In this document: piece after piece, positions 37,915 through 51,807 of the stretch | Numbering within the stretch: the first letter of the stretch is position 1 | How the letters are laid out: each line of letters opens with the position of its first letter | Assembly: GCF_964355755.1 (NCBI RefSeq) | Contig: NC_092676.1 | Location: 13,844,871 to 13,908,870, forward strand | Source of the DNA: Antedon mediterranea | Lineage: Eukaryota > Animalia > Echinodermata | DNA length: 64,000 nt | Direction: 5' to 3' | The notes under the pieces: model-generated | Database searches by the model: none | Told to the model about the DNA's origin: nothing | What the model saw: only the letters and a program-made list of their open reading frames with translations | Made by a program: the position numbers and the translations under genes

Positions 37915-40899
37915 TTGTTAAAAATTGCAATAAAAAGACATTTTTGGGGTAGCGGGTAACATTTATAAGAATAACCCAAGTATCAAACATCTAATTTGTA
38001 TGTTCTTGGTATCGTTGTGTAGAATTTCAAATAAAAATTATGCAGAATTTAAATAAAATTAAACAAAATGCTACACAACGATACCAAGATCATACAAATT
38101 AGATGTTTGATTCTTGGGTTATTCTTCTTCTTATAAATGTTACCTGCTACCCCAAAAATGTCTTTTTATTGCAATTAAAAATTGACAATTTTTATACAAT
38201 GTACTGCAATTTTTTATCTTAACACACATTTTCTTATTCAATATGTTAGTAAGCACAAGTAAAAGACAATTCAAATAAAAAAATATCGAGAATTGGAGAT
38301 CTGATTTTGAAATATATCTCATTTTGCCAAAAAATTACATTTTTGCAAAAGGTCAGTGACCTTTTGACCTTTACTGACCTTAGTATCGTTCAATTAATTT
38401 CATTTAAATTCTACATGATTACAAAAATATATGCTACACATCGATACCAAGATCATACTAATTAGATGTTTGATCCTTGGGTTATTGGTATTAATGCTAC
38501 CCCCTACCCCAAAAAATGTCTTTTTATTGCAATTATTCTTCAAACATGACAATGGTATTAATGCACTGCAATTGTGTTCATGTTAACACACATTTTGTTA
38601 TTCAATGTCAGTAAACACAAGTAAAACACAATTAAAATAAAAAGTATTGAAAAAATTGGAGATTTGATATTGAAATGTATCTCATTATAGCAAATATTTG
38701 CAATTTTGCAAAAGGTCAGTGACCTTTTTGACCTCTACTGACCTTAAACATGGTTCAATTAATTTTATTAAAATTCTATATGATTAAAAAACACGAATGC
38801 TACACAACGACACCAAGATCATACTAATTAGATGTTTGATTCTTGGGTTATTGCTATTAATGTTACACCCTACCCCAAAAAATGTATTTTTATTGAAATT
38901 TTTAAGAATATAAAATGATAATTTGTGTATAATGAACTGCAATTTTAATCTTCGTTAACATATAATTTCTTATTCAATATGTCAGTAAGCACAAGTAAAA
39001 CACAATTAAGATAAAACATATTGAAAATTGTAGATACTATGTTGAAATTTATCTATATTTTGGCAAAAATGTGCATTTTTGTAAAAGGTCAATGACCTTT
39101 TGACCTCTACTGACCCTACTAATCGTCCGATTAATTTTATTTAAATTTTATAAGATTTTAAAAGATGTATGCTACACAATAGTACCAAGATAATACTAAT
39201 TAGGTTTTGGATTCTTGGGTTATTGGGATAAATGTTACCCCCTACCCCAAAAATGTCTTTTTAATGTAATTTTGAAGAATAACAAAATTACATGACAATG
39301 GTATTAATGCAGTGCAATTTTTTTCATGTTAACACATATTTTGTTATTCAATATGTCAGTAAACACAAGTAAAACACAATTAAAATAAAAAATATTGAAA
39401 ATTGGAGATTTGATATTGAAATGTATCTCATTATGGCAAATATTTGCAATTTTGCAAAAGGTCAGTGACCTTTTGACCTCTACTGACCTTAAAAATGGTT
39501 CGATTAATTTTATTCAAATTTTATATGATTAAAAAACATGAATGCTACACAACGACACCAAGATCATACTAATTAGATGTTTGATTCTTGGGTTATTGCT
39601 ATTATTGTTACCCCCTACCCCAAAAAATGTATTTTTATTGCAATTTTTAACAATAAAAAATAACAATTTGTATATACCTAATGAACTGCAATTTTTATCT
39701 TGTTAACATATATTTTCTTATTTAATATGTCAGTAAGCACAAGTAAAACACAATTAAGATAAAAAATATTGAAAATTGTAGATACGATATTGAAATTTAT
39801 CTATATTTTGGGAAAAATTTGCATTTTGCAAAAGGTCAATGACCTTTTGACCTCTACTGACCTTAATAATCTTCTGATTAATTTTATTTAAATTTTAAAA
39901 GATTTTAGAAGATGTATGCTACACAATGTTACTAAGATAATACTAATTAGATGTTGGATTCTTGGGTTAATAGGATAAATGTTATCCCCTACCCCAAAAA
40001 ATATTTGAAGATAAAACAATGATGATCATTACAAATGACGCAAGTACATACAATGCATCCCTATATTTTTCTTGTTAACATCGATTTTTTCACTCTATAT
40101 GTCCGTGGAAAGAAAATGATACCAAAGAAGTTTAACTGTGGGGGGGGGGGGTGCACGGTAACCCCCCTCCAGCCCATGGTCTATATCTAGAGAGTCAAAT
40201 GCTTTTGTAAAGTCAAGAAAAACTAATGCACCAGGAAAATTACGTTTATTGGTCTGGAACCAAACATATTTTCTCGCCACCAAACCGTCCGTTGAATCAA
40301 TAATTGAGGGAATTACTTTTTGTACTCTTCATGTTAGGGCATAGGCCATTATTTTGTAGTCTACATTTAACCATGTAATAAGTATCGAATTTGATAATAA
40401 TTCTCTTCATTTTTAAACAATAACTTTATTATTCTTTTTTTGGGGGTTTTTGATAAATCATTTTTATTATATCTATAATTTAAAGATGCAGATAACATTT
40501 TTGTGACATGATCCCAGAAAAATCTATAAAATTTTACGCTTAGTCCATCGGACCCTGGGCTTTTACTTAGGTGCATTTTATAAACTGCATTTGTTAGTTC
40601 ATCTATGGTTCACAATGTAAAATTTCTTCTTACGATAATTGTTTGGATTTTGATTGATCAAGATAATTATTTACATTATCAGGAATATCTTGTGTTGAGT
40701 ATAATTTTTTTTTTTAAATCAACCTGTTCTCTTAATATTTCATTGGTTTCATGGTGTTAGCTTTTAAAAGAGTTCTATTCTCGAATGAATTTGGGCTCCT
40801 TGCGTCTCAATTGTATCATCAAGCTGCTTAATTTTGTCATTTAATCTACGGCCAGTTTCTTGACTGTAACCTAATTCTAGATTTTTTCGTAAGTTGACT

Positions 40900-41635
40900 A
40901 ATGATGAGATTAAAATAGCTAAAAAACTTTAACTAGATGAGAGAATAGAAGTAACTGCCAGACGAAACGCCTTTATTACATTGAAAGACCAAAAGACAAT
41001 TTTGATAAATCAACCCCTCCAAGTCTGAGATAGAAAAAGTAACCAAGCGCATCCTAGAAAATATTAACAAGAGTATCAAACAAGCGACAAAGTTAAACCA
41101 GTGGAGAAACACAAGCGAAATAATCAAATGGTTTAAAGGTATACAAGACAAGAGCAAATACTCTTTTGTTTGTTTCGACATTTCTGAGTTCTATCCTTCA
41201 ATATTCTAAAACCTATTATCTCAAGACTTTGTTGGACAATTTATAACGATTTCTGATGAAGAAAGAGACATCATATTTAAAGCTAAGAACACCCTATTAT
41301 TTAACAATGAGTCAGTTTGGTGCAAAAGAAACACACAGACCATGTTTGATGTTACTATGGGTAGCTTCGGTGGAGCAGAAACATGCAAATTAATTGGTTT
41401 ATTCATACTAGCCAAACTTGAGACAAAATATGGTAGATGGACTTGCTGCGTTTCGCAAAACACCGCGCCAGATTGAAGAAATTAAAAAGGATCTTTGTAA
41501 TACATTCAAAGAATACAATTTGAAATTCACCATCGAGGCAAACAAGAAGATAATTAACTATCTATGTTACGCTTAATTTGAATGATGAGACTTACAGACC
41601 TTTCCTGAAAGAAATAACAAACCATGCTAAGCCCA
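40900..41635 (+). mobile_element. Penelope-like element RT fragment (Naiad/Neptune-like)
   Basis: AFITLKD..INPSKSEI..LNQWRNTSEIIKWF..FVCFDISEFYPSI..FDVTMGSFGGAETC.LIGLFIL. Confidence 0.8.
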
Positions 41636-43343
41636 CTGTAAGAGTATCTACGGTCACGCTAAGGTCAAATTTTCTTTCGTTCTTGGTTAGTCTGTTCTTG
41701 TTTATCATTTGTTTGCTCGGCATGACCTTGTGGTGAACAAAGTAATTTTGCTTTGAACGTTGGTGTTACCATTAAGTCTTAGACTGGGCATTTCATCTTT
41801 CTCGGTTGATTCTTGGTCCTCTTCACTTTCTTCTATGATCGATTCGTTGGTGATATAATCACTCATTTTGTGAAGTTGTTTGAAACATCTTTTTCTTTCA
41901 CTATTTTTAAACATTTCCTGAATGAATAGTTCACCTGTGGATGGCAAGAAAAGTAGGTCATCATGCCGAGGTTGAATCCGACATTGGTTTAGTATTACTT
42001 GCCGCTCTCATCAGTTGATCATTACTTTTGCTTGGTTGTCTGTCTTGTGTAAAGATCGATGGTAGACTTTATTTCTTGTAGGTTTACTGACACAGAAATT
42101 TTCCGCTTGGCCATCTTTTCGGCATGTAATTGGAATAATTTTTGGACATTGGTTGGCTTTATGACCTCATTACAATTGAAACATTTGTTATGTGGGTCGT
42201 TGATTTTGGTGAAGCGTTGTTGGCTCCTTCTGAATGGTGCAAATATGACTGCTCTATCACAATTCACAAATCTGAATAACTTTCCATTTAATCTAAATTT
42301 GACATATTGAATGTCTCCTATCAGTTTCTATCCAAGTTTATTTAAACAAACCTTCAATTCGTCATTGTGCACTTGAGATCTTTTATTAGTAACCTGGGAG
42401 ATATGGATTTATATCATAAACCGTTATGCCTGCCAGCTAACTAATAAGAACTCGGCTAACTATGTGATTTTAGTGATTCAACTATTATATAATTATGTGA
42501 ACTGTACAATTTATTTGATTTTAGATATTCACTAATAATAATTATATTGATCTATTTAAGGCCTTTGCTTTACATGAACTACAGTACAATTTGTTTTAGT
42601 AATTTTTTTTTTTGTAAGACGATATTAGTTTTACATTTTTAACAGTATTTTTAACTTTTTATCTTGTATTTTTAATCTGTTATAATACTGCACATTTTAA
42701 ATTGTTGCAATATTGTTGTTTTAATCTACCAAGCAAAGTGAATTTCCATTTTTATGGACAAATAAAATTTCTTGAATCTTGAATTAATTATTTATGCTAT
42801 TTATTAATTACCTATGTTTGTCATTAAACATATAAAATCCAGCTGCGCCACGGAACTTGCTTGAAGAAATTAATCAACTAAACTATTTAAACTATGCATA
42901 CATAGTGCCCTCATTTGTTATTAGTCCTCCCTAGATGTGATGAAAGACCGTTTTTGATTGGTTAATACTCACGGTAGTAGTTAGTTACGCGCGACGCGGC
43001 GAACATCCGGTGATTCGGCTCAAAGAAGACGAATTATTCGGCCTACCTGATAATAATATTATTATTAATGTAGGCTTATTGGTGGAAATTCTTCTGTTAT
43101 TATTTAAACGACCTAGGCTAGTGAATATTTTATTGCCAAGGAATCATTAATTATTAATTATCTGTATATTATTCTTCGCAAGGTAGGTGTCTTAGATACT
43201 AGCAACGTTATATGATGTCTAAAACGATGTAGTGAGTTTAAAGCTATGAAATTTAACTATCGTCAAAGCAAAAACGGTCAACGATATAAAAAACAACAAC
43301 AATGATCGAGTTCTTTCGGTGGGCGATAAGTAGCGAAGCACTG

Positions 43344-43503
43344 CAGAGAGCACAAACATTATCATGATCTTATGAAATTATCATAATAAATTGGACACTG
43401 TTATATGCAGAGATGAGATTCAACCGAATCTCATCTCTGCATATAACAGTGTCCAATTTATTATGATAATTTCATAAGATCATGATAATGTTTGTGCTCT
43501 CTG
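43344..43503. repeat. Perfect palindrome, 78-bp arms with 4-nt loop
   Basis: CAGAGAGCAC...GATGAGATTC-AACC-GAATCTCATC...GTGCTCTCTG, no mismatch seen. Confidence 0.92.
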
Positions 43504-44131
43504 AGAGCATATCAAGAATTAACGTGATAAAAAGATCACTTATTTCCTGCAGGTTCATACTGTATACTGTAGATCATCATGATTAAGAAACTCACGATAA
43601 TTTCTGAATGTGAATCTAGCTAATGATAACTATGTAAATTGAACAGATAGTTTATTTAAGCAGATCGTGTGATACCAAAGTTACAAATACAATGAATAGG
43701 GTAGAGTTTTGTGGGAACTCTACATGAAATGCAAATGATTTTATATTTTTAATAATATATTCCGAAAAGAAATACAATAGGTATAAATATTTATACAGTA
43801 AACTCTACCAAAAATAAATTTTCTTAAAGACCAGGTGAGTGAAATACTTTCTGCTCATAACAGTGTAAACTGTAATAATTATTTTTCTTAACTATTACAT
43901 ATATCTATACAAAATCTGTGTGCTGTACATACAGTAAGTGGAGCCATGATCTATAATAAAATTAAATGATAATGGTCTATTGCACACTAAGACTAGCTGT
44001 TTCATGAACGAAATAATTAAATCTCTCTTCAATCATCAGATGTTAGCCACTGCAGAGTTTATTTAATTTTGCAAACTATATACAGTAACTATTTAAAATG
44101 AAAAAAAGAAATAAAAACATAAAATACATAC

Positions 44132-44188
44132 CAATTCCTCTTTGAGGGACTTTATTGTCTCTTCATATTTCTGATTTTCATGATTTTT
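44132..44188 (-). CDS. Host gene 57-nt exon (KNHENQKYEETIKSLKEEL)
   Basis: TTTTACTTTTTGTAG acceptor, TTG|GTATGT donor, phase 0-0. Confidence 0.72.
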
Positions 44189-45039
44189 CTACAAAAAGTA
44201 AAAAAAAAAATGTTTAGTATTATTATGATTATGATCCAACAACTGTAAGTTATGTGTATTCCTATTTTCATATTCCAAATCTTCTGTTAATGTAATAGTT
44301 TGTTTTTAAAATTGTTTGATGTATTATCATTTGAGCTAGTATATTGTAGATCAGATATTGTGTAAGAATTGGAAAAAGTATGTATTTTAAATTTATTGAA
44401 CTGTGCGAAGTATGAAATTCAATGGTTTGAATTCTTATATTACATAGCCTATGTACTACGGGAAAGTGATTGGGCTGACAAGGCTAAGTGTAAGCGCTTC
44501 GAAAATAATGTAGTTCAAGTAGGTTTAAATCTGTTGATGAAGATGAATTATACAGAATTATTTACGAAATTAACTCTTTTCTATGGTGAATTTCACAAAA
44601 TAGTAATGAAACTACATGATTCAATATTTAAAATACTGAAAAAATATCTTGATACCAGAGATATTGTTTCTATAATCAGTTCTTTCAGAAAAAAATTATG
44701 GTAAAGTTAGACACTAAACCTACATTTGTTTGACCTAATTTAAGGTTACACACTACATTTTATGTAAAAATAAATACTATATGGACCTATTGCGATAATT
44801 GTTTTCGCCTTTAAATGTTTAAAAGTGTGAAAAATAAGTTGATTCTGATAATTGATGCGGCCCGCTAAAAATCCCAACATGCATCATGCGCGGATTGATA
44901 TTGTCATATTGTGATGTGATTCACCCACTTCGATCGATAGCGTGAAAGTGTAAACAAATAACGAACCGTAACTTTTCAGTGAAAATACCAATTCTTCCCC
45001 AATTTCTCATTTTTGGGTAAAAATCGCAAACAAATGCTA

Positions 45040-45760
45040 CCTCTTAAACTACTTGTAGATGGTTCTCGAATACACAGTAATTTCAGCGTAAAAAACTGGC
45101 GATTTCAAATGTACGTAATAAATAGACACAGTGATTTATGTAGTCAACTAAACTTAGCACCCTGGGAATTACTTGAGTCAAATTTAACTAATGTAACATT
45201 AGAGTTGAAGGATGGTAAGAGAATGGGTGCAAAGAGGAACCATTTTAAAATATATTCTTTATCCACTCAGTAACAAAATATTTGTTTTCAATTATATACA
45301 GTAAAACATTTGCCATTTAATACTTTGTAGAAACTGTCACTGACATAGTCGATTGAAATAGTAAATTACTTATGTAACGAACACCACTACGGCGTTTATA
45401 TTTTTTGTTATTATTAATTAATACTATTAACATTGAGAAGAAACTGTCAGTAATAAAGTTTAATTATGTGTTTAAACAGCACCCACACAGTAAAAATGTG
45501 TGCTTCAAATGTTAAAGGTTTTTAATTTATCCCCCAAGGGCCCATAAATTTACCTACAGTACTTGTGGTATACCAAATAATTATACTGGGAGATTGAGAG
45601 ATTGGAATGTTCCATTTATCACCAAGTCTATTTTAGACATATTTACTGTAGAGTGTCATGTATTCATATTTAGTTTTGAAGTTTTTCATGCTGCTGCTCT
45701 AGCCCGCTACGTCACAAGAGATAAATCATTCAGATATAAAGCATCGGCAGTTATAGTACT
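45040..45760 (-). mobile_element. Helitron copy (paralog of 37020-37870)
   Basis: Reverse-complement similarity, e.g. GATGGTTCTCGAATACACAGTAATTTCAGCGTAA. Confidence 0.8.
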
Positions 45761-45813
45761 AGACACTGACATTTTTGCGAAAAATGATTCTCGACTATAA
45801 TGTATATCCACTT

Positions 45814-45930
45814 TGGAGTGGAGCTGTGGCTTGGTGGTAATGATGCTTGGCTACCAATCTAAGGGTTCTGGGTTCAAGTCCTGTCATATGTCAGGGTTTT
45901 TTCTCATGACAATTTTCAACTCCACTCCTA
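45814..45930 (+). other. tRNA-derived pseudo-sequence / SINE head
   Basis: A-box-like TGGCTTGGTGG, B-box GGTTCAAGTCC; framed by the GGAGTGGAG/CTCCACTCC inverted pair. Not a canonical cloverleaf. Confidence 0.5.
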
Positions 45931-46820
45931 AAGACTTAACCCTAACAAACGTCGTTGAAGTGCGTATACCCGGTAATACCGGGCATGGGCAAAACAATGA
46001 TTTAATCATATTTTCCTATAATATATAGCACCCTCTATATTTGTTCGATGAACTTGAATATTTTTGCAAGTCATTAAAAAAATTTTCCAGCAAAAAAAAC
46101 GGCCCTCTATAGCTGTATTATTGTCTTAAAAATCATGCGCCCTCTATAGTTATATTATAGTATAGTGTATATAATAGTATTCTATCTTGGAAAGTTGTTT
46201 TGAGTAGCGTAATGGCGGCCATTTTGAAAATAACCAAAATTTACCAGCCCCAATAGGGCAACATTTTGTTTATCACAACACGCAAAAAAAAAACCTTGAT
46301 TTGTGCATAATTTTTATAAAATAATAAAAATAATTCAATTTTTTTTTATATTTTTATTTGTTATATGTATCTTTATCAATATCCAGTTGGAAAAATGTAT
46401 TCCATAAGAATTTCTTATAGAAAATATAGTTTTTATCATTGATTCGATAAAAAACACGAAATCCAAAATACCTGTAATGACGTCACATGATGCAAATTAC
46501 ATTTTTTTTTATACCTAACTGTAGACTAACCCTTTGCCCATCACACACCACAAAAATAATTACACAATTATCTCAATTAGTATTTTTTTGCAATTTATTA
46601 AAATACCATATGTTTTTCTTAAATATACATTACGCACAGAGGTGGGAATAATGCTCCGCAGTGAAAGGGTTAATATTAAGTAGAGCATCTTGTGTATATG
46701 TTTGTCTTATATGTTCTAGTCAGTATATGGAGAGCCATCTCGATAGTGCTTTGCACTCATGGCAATCCTCAGGGTGCTGCACCGCTGTGTTGTCATGTAT
46801 TGTTGTGCCTGAAAATTGAA

Positions 46821-47705
46821 TAAACAAGAAATATTTCTTACAAAAAACGCTGCTCGCTTATTGAAAAATATTTTTTATTTCAAATGTTTTTGAATGTGTC
46901 ATTTTATTGTCACATAATAGATAGTTATTTTACCTGAAAAAAATGTAATTTAAAGCATCAAATACTTAAATTGTCTGTCAGACAATGGTTTTTGGGTTTC
47001 TTTTCCTTTTTTATATGTGAATAAATATTACTTTTTTGTTACAGAAGTGAATACTCAATTTCTGTCACTTTAGTTAATTTTATTGCTAAGGTCAAATCTG
47101 GGGGTCACTTCATCACCCATAGATATTTCAATTGTGAAGTATCCTATTACAAACACAAACTTTAATGGACTGTTTCGATAATAATTCAATGAATATCTGA
47201 CAGTGAATATACCAGAAATGCTTAGGGATTTGTAATTTTAGCATGACATGTCCTAATAGACTCTTTCCCAGCCGTTTTTTGGGTCTACTGTAGCAGCTGG
47301 AATCAATAAATCATAGTGGAGTTTCCATTTTCACAAAACTGTCTGTCCTTAGAACTATAACTGCTGCTTGCTTTAGCTTCTGATTGAGTAGTCCTAATGG
47401 GACGTAGCGGGCTAGAGCAGCAGCGTGAAAAAAAATTTAAAAAAATAAAAATTATAGGTACCACCTGTTGAATCCAAAAAACGTCTGGGAAAAGAGTCTA
47501 ACAACAAATCCCAAAGCAGTCCCATGATATTACTATAATTCGCTGTCAGATAATCGTTGAATTATTATCAAAACAGTCCATTGCAGTTTTTGTTTGTAAT
47601 AGTATACTTGAAAGAAGTATCTAGGCGTGATGAAGTGACCCCCAGACTTGACCTTAGCAATAACAATAAGCGAGCAGCGTTTTTTGTAAGAAATATTCTT
47701 GTTTA
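46821..47705. mobile_element. Palindromic MITE with bipartite long TIRs
   Basis: Outer IR AAACAAGAA.TATTTCTTACAAAAAACGCTGCTCGCTTATTG; inner IR 47080-47235 vs 47500-47663. Confidence 0.8.
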
Positions 47706-50700
47706 ATATGCTTGGGCCTATACCAAAGTTATGTCTGCTGTCAGGTGTAAGGATAATTGGGAATTTAAATACCAGTGCATGTTCACTAAATAAATACTGG
47801 ACAACTTACTAATTTAAATCAAAAGAAGCTTGAAACATATCAATTGGGAAAATTGTCACTAAATCATCTTGTATTTAGTTTTGAATACGCTTATAGCGAA
47901 GTTACGCCCGTTGTCAGCTGTAATAATAATTAAAAATAACTAGAGGGTGAGCTCGCTCCCCCTCCAGGAAGTTTAGATGATGGTTCTCGGAATGATAATG
48001 ACTCGGGTAAAAAGGTTTTAGAAGGACATTCTCCTTGTACGTTTTCTGTCGGTTACCATTATTGAAAATGCTTGACATTCATTAAACTAAACCTACTCTG
48101 TTTCACAGTGTCTTAGATGATTAATAACATTTTAAAGTATAGTGTTTATTGTTTGGTAGGACCCTTATAGGGCGGAGGCGGAGGCGGAGGTGGGGAGGCG
48201 GAGTTCATTTGAGGGAGGTGCTTATTCGAGGGATATGTTTAATGTTTTAGTTTTAATAATATGGTAACATTTATAATCAAATAAAATCCTCTAATAGATA
48301 TAAAAAGTGGTAAAAAATGCTTGGTAAATTGTACGGTAGATAACAGTGCGATGAATTCTACTACAAATAGTATAATTGTGTTATTATAAATATAATACTA
48401 TATATATTGTGTATAAATGTGGATTGGCGTTTATTAGATTATTATTCAAAGTGATGTTTTATTGGGGAGGCGTTTATTCAAATAAATACCATCCTAATAG
48501 TTAACACATAATTTATAACATCTTTTGAAACTTCCGCGACAGAGTGGGCCGTTCCGGCCCGAGAAGACGGAAGACGTTTTAGACGGCTTGCAACATGGGC
48601 AGACGTATCCCGGACACAGATAGCCTACAGGTTTTCCTGCTTAGCTTACTCAATAAAACTTGGCCTTCGAGATTTTCACTCACTTATCATCAGATCTCCC
48701 TATGTAATTTTATAATATTCCCCACAATATATTCTGATGCTTTATGGTGTATATTTATTTTGCAGTATAATTTTTATTTTTTAACTACTTACCTTCACAC
48801 GCGCGGTTCGATCCCAAAATAAACAAAAAACTAAAATGGCTAGCCACTATAGGCCAACTAAGTTGAAACCAGGTAGTTGCAAGGTGAACCCGGGAACTTA
48901 TCGTGAACCCGGAAATTATTTTGACCGTGTACAATTGAAATTGAGTTGAAAATCTACTGATGAAATCAGAAATTTTGTTTTAAAACTTTTTATAATATCT
49001 TCATATTCATATTCATTTACTATCTATTTAGTATAAAAACAATAATACAAAAAGCATAAATTAATTACATAAAACAAAAACAAGCACAGAAAAACGCAGA
49101 AGCACTATCCTGGCGGATTGTCAAAAAGCAAAAATATCGCTATAAAAGACTCTCCTGATAGTGCTAAAAGACTCTCCTGATAGAAATATGGAACAATTTT
49201 TGCGATCGTAATAGTGAAAACTAATGTTATCAAATTAATTATTTAATTAATTTGTCTAAATAGGATGACTTTATGACAAAAACCTTCATTACAATGAATA
49301 TAAACATTGTCAATGGCTTTCATTAAATGTATGATTTAGCATTCTACGACAAGTAGTTTACGAGACAGCATTTTTTGCGATTTTTAACCAATAACGAATG
49401 AAAATCAGTATTTTGTAAATTTATGATGGCTTATGACAAAAACTTTCATTACAAACATTATCATTGGCTTTCATTTAATGTATGATTTAGCATTCTACTA
49501 CAAGTAGTTTATGAGATAGCATTTTTACCCAAAAATGAGTAAAATCATGCAGTATTTTACATGTACAAGCTCTGATTGTCTAGTAATACAAATTTAAAAT
49601 TTCTTTTTGATATTTGCTCCCATATAGTTAGGGAATTTTTTAAGTACAAGCATATGTCAGAACAAAGAAATTAGTTATTAAAATAAAAAAAAGAAATTTT
49701 ACCCAAAAAAATGAAAAAATGAGTTTATTTTCCATATATTTTGTAACATAATGACTCAAATGACTTTTGATGACAATCAATGTGCAATATGATTCATCGG
49801 CTTTAAAATTAGCCTAATTCCAAAACAATTGATTCATTTTATCATATACTGTGCCATAAAATAAAGATATTGCATGAAAAATAGGTCATTGACCTATGAC
49901 TCAAAAGTGCATCACCAGAATCATGTTAAAAATTGGGTTTTCAGATGTACCAAAGTATGTCTCACACAAAAATCATATTAATACCAATGATAAAATATGT
50001 GCACTAAAACGACTCATCTCTCAGATTATTTGAACGCACATTTAAGACAAGAAATGACGTGGTTTAATGTTTTTAAAGCTATATGCATTATTTTTACAAA
50101 ATGTCAAAAAAAGCAGGGCGTTTAACTATTGCTCTATTATTTAATTATGAATTTTTAAAATTAAAAACAATTCTTAATGAACTGAAAACGCTTCTAATTT
50201 AAGCATAAAACATGATAGGTTTTATGAAAATCATACACATTTTTAACCAACAGACGACACAAAATGTTAAAATGCATGCAAATACTTGTCTTAAAATCGA
50301 AAAAGACCATGGTAATGTAACTAATAAATACTGTTTCAACTAATTGTTTTCCTTAAAAAAACATTATTATGCCTTAAAGGCCAGGTGCGGGCCAAAAATG
50401 TCTCGATCTATAGTTTCCCCTATGTTTCATAATTTTTGGGATTTTATTTGTGTTACACAAGCTTTTTGAAAATAAGCACTTTCTTATCAGTGGGGGATAG
50501 TTCAAATTACACAGCAAAATCTCTATTCTTTTGTACTCAAATGTTGTAAATAGAGAGGCATTTTTAAAAAACTATGAAAAATAAACAGTGTGGTAAAAAA
50601 TCATATCAGATGACTCAATTTAGGTAATGTAATTTGAATTTTACATTTCTGGTATTTTTATTATTTAAGTTTTATTTTCATGCTATAAAAAAAATTATCC

Positions 50701-51807
50701 ACCGTATATGCACCATCTTTTTTTCATCTTCTAGGGAGTCACCAGACATGTTATTACATTAGGTTAAACTACCTAACTACTGAAAAAAAGTCTTCCTGGT
50801 TTTTATAACAGAATTTTGCCAAATTTTGTATTTGACCATTTTAAGAGAAATTAATGTTTTTTTCGTCTAGATTTCTATTACAAATATTTGATTTATGTAC
50901 ATTTAACCAGATATTATGTTTAAAATTCATGCCTGCACCTTTAAGTTTAAGTAGGCAATATCTATATTATAATAACACTAAGGAAAAATGTGTTCCTCCA
51001 AAACCGCCAAGTCTGATACTACGGCCATTCGAGCTGGGGCACCTTTTAATTCCGCTTTATATATTAGTCATTATTAGAACGGAAAATTTGTACAAAAAAT
51101 GTTTTTTAGACCAATTTCTTTGCAACTGCAATCCTCTGCTTTCCCCCGCTACCAAAATCATTTGAGAATGCAATATACAATAGATAACAATTAAAGAGCG
51201 CCACAGGCAGCAGGTCATTGTCGATCGAGCATGTAATTGGCTACCATGCTGTACTGAATCCTGAACTGGATGGAGGATAGTAATCTCATGCGCCCATTAT
51301 TTATACATAAGAAAATATAATACATCAATCAAAGTACAATATTTGTGTGAACAGGAAAACAAACTTTCTGTTTTCCCTAACTTAAGAATACAGTAAACCT
51401 ATTCACTTTATGAGTTTCAGTTTCTTAGGGTAGGGTAGGAGGTGCTTGAGTCTGGGATGATCGAGCCACAACTGGTGCTCACCAGGGTTACATTTAGACC
51501 AAACCCTGGTTACCGACAAGCGTATCCCCATACTACGGTTTGGGTTTAGTTTTTTCCCCTTAGTTTTTACTGTATGATCAGCGCTTACATAGGTTTCACA
51601 ACATAAAGCTTTATAAATCCAGGATATTATAATATACTCTGCATATTTTTTAGACTCTCATACATCCATTTTTAGAACATATATGCACTTAATATATCAT
51701 GGTGACAGGTACCTGCTACTCTGTATAAATACTTCATATAATGATACAATGTTTTAAACAGAAAGAAAATTTGAATTTAAAATTAAGGAATGTAGTTAAT
51801 TACTTAC

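Larger units (their letters stand above)
34303..40178. mobile_element. FoldBack-like element: ~2.1 kb inverted arms built from ~372-bp tandem units
   Basis: Termini CATGGGCTGGAGGGGG / CCCCCTCCAGCCCATG; arms mirror each other to a centre at ~38065 with essentially no spacer; degraded TSD around GTCTAT. Confidence 0.9.
31900..40870 (-). mobile_element. Degenerate Tx1/L1-clade ORF2, split by insertions
   Basis: KSPGSDGLSVKFYRFFW, FLDFTKAFDSL | FIFKC, ADDTVLF, LKLNKGK..GMWI remnants in order. Confidence 0.8.

Noticed and set aside
44369-44704. 111-aa plus-strand ORF
   Set aside because: Non-ATG start, no recognisable motif or splice context.
46655-46673. piggyBac-like end (GCAGTGAAAGGG-TTAA)
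   Set aside because: No matching left end or TSD found, so no element can be delimited.
48670-48700. CTGATGA...GAAA hammerhead-like motif (minus strand)
   Set aside because: No stem II or cleavage-site arm.
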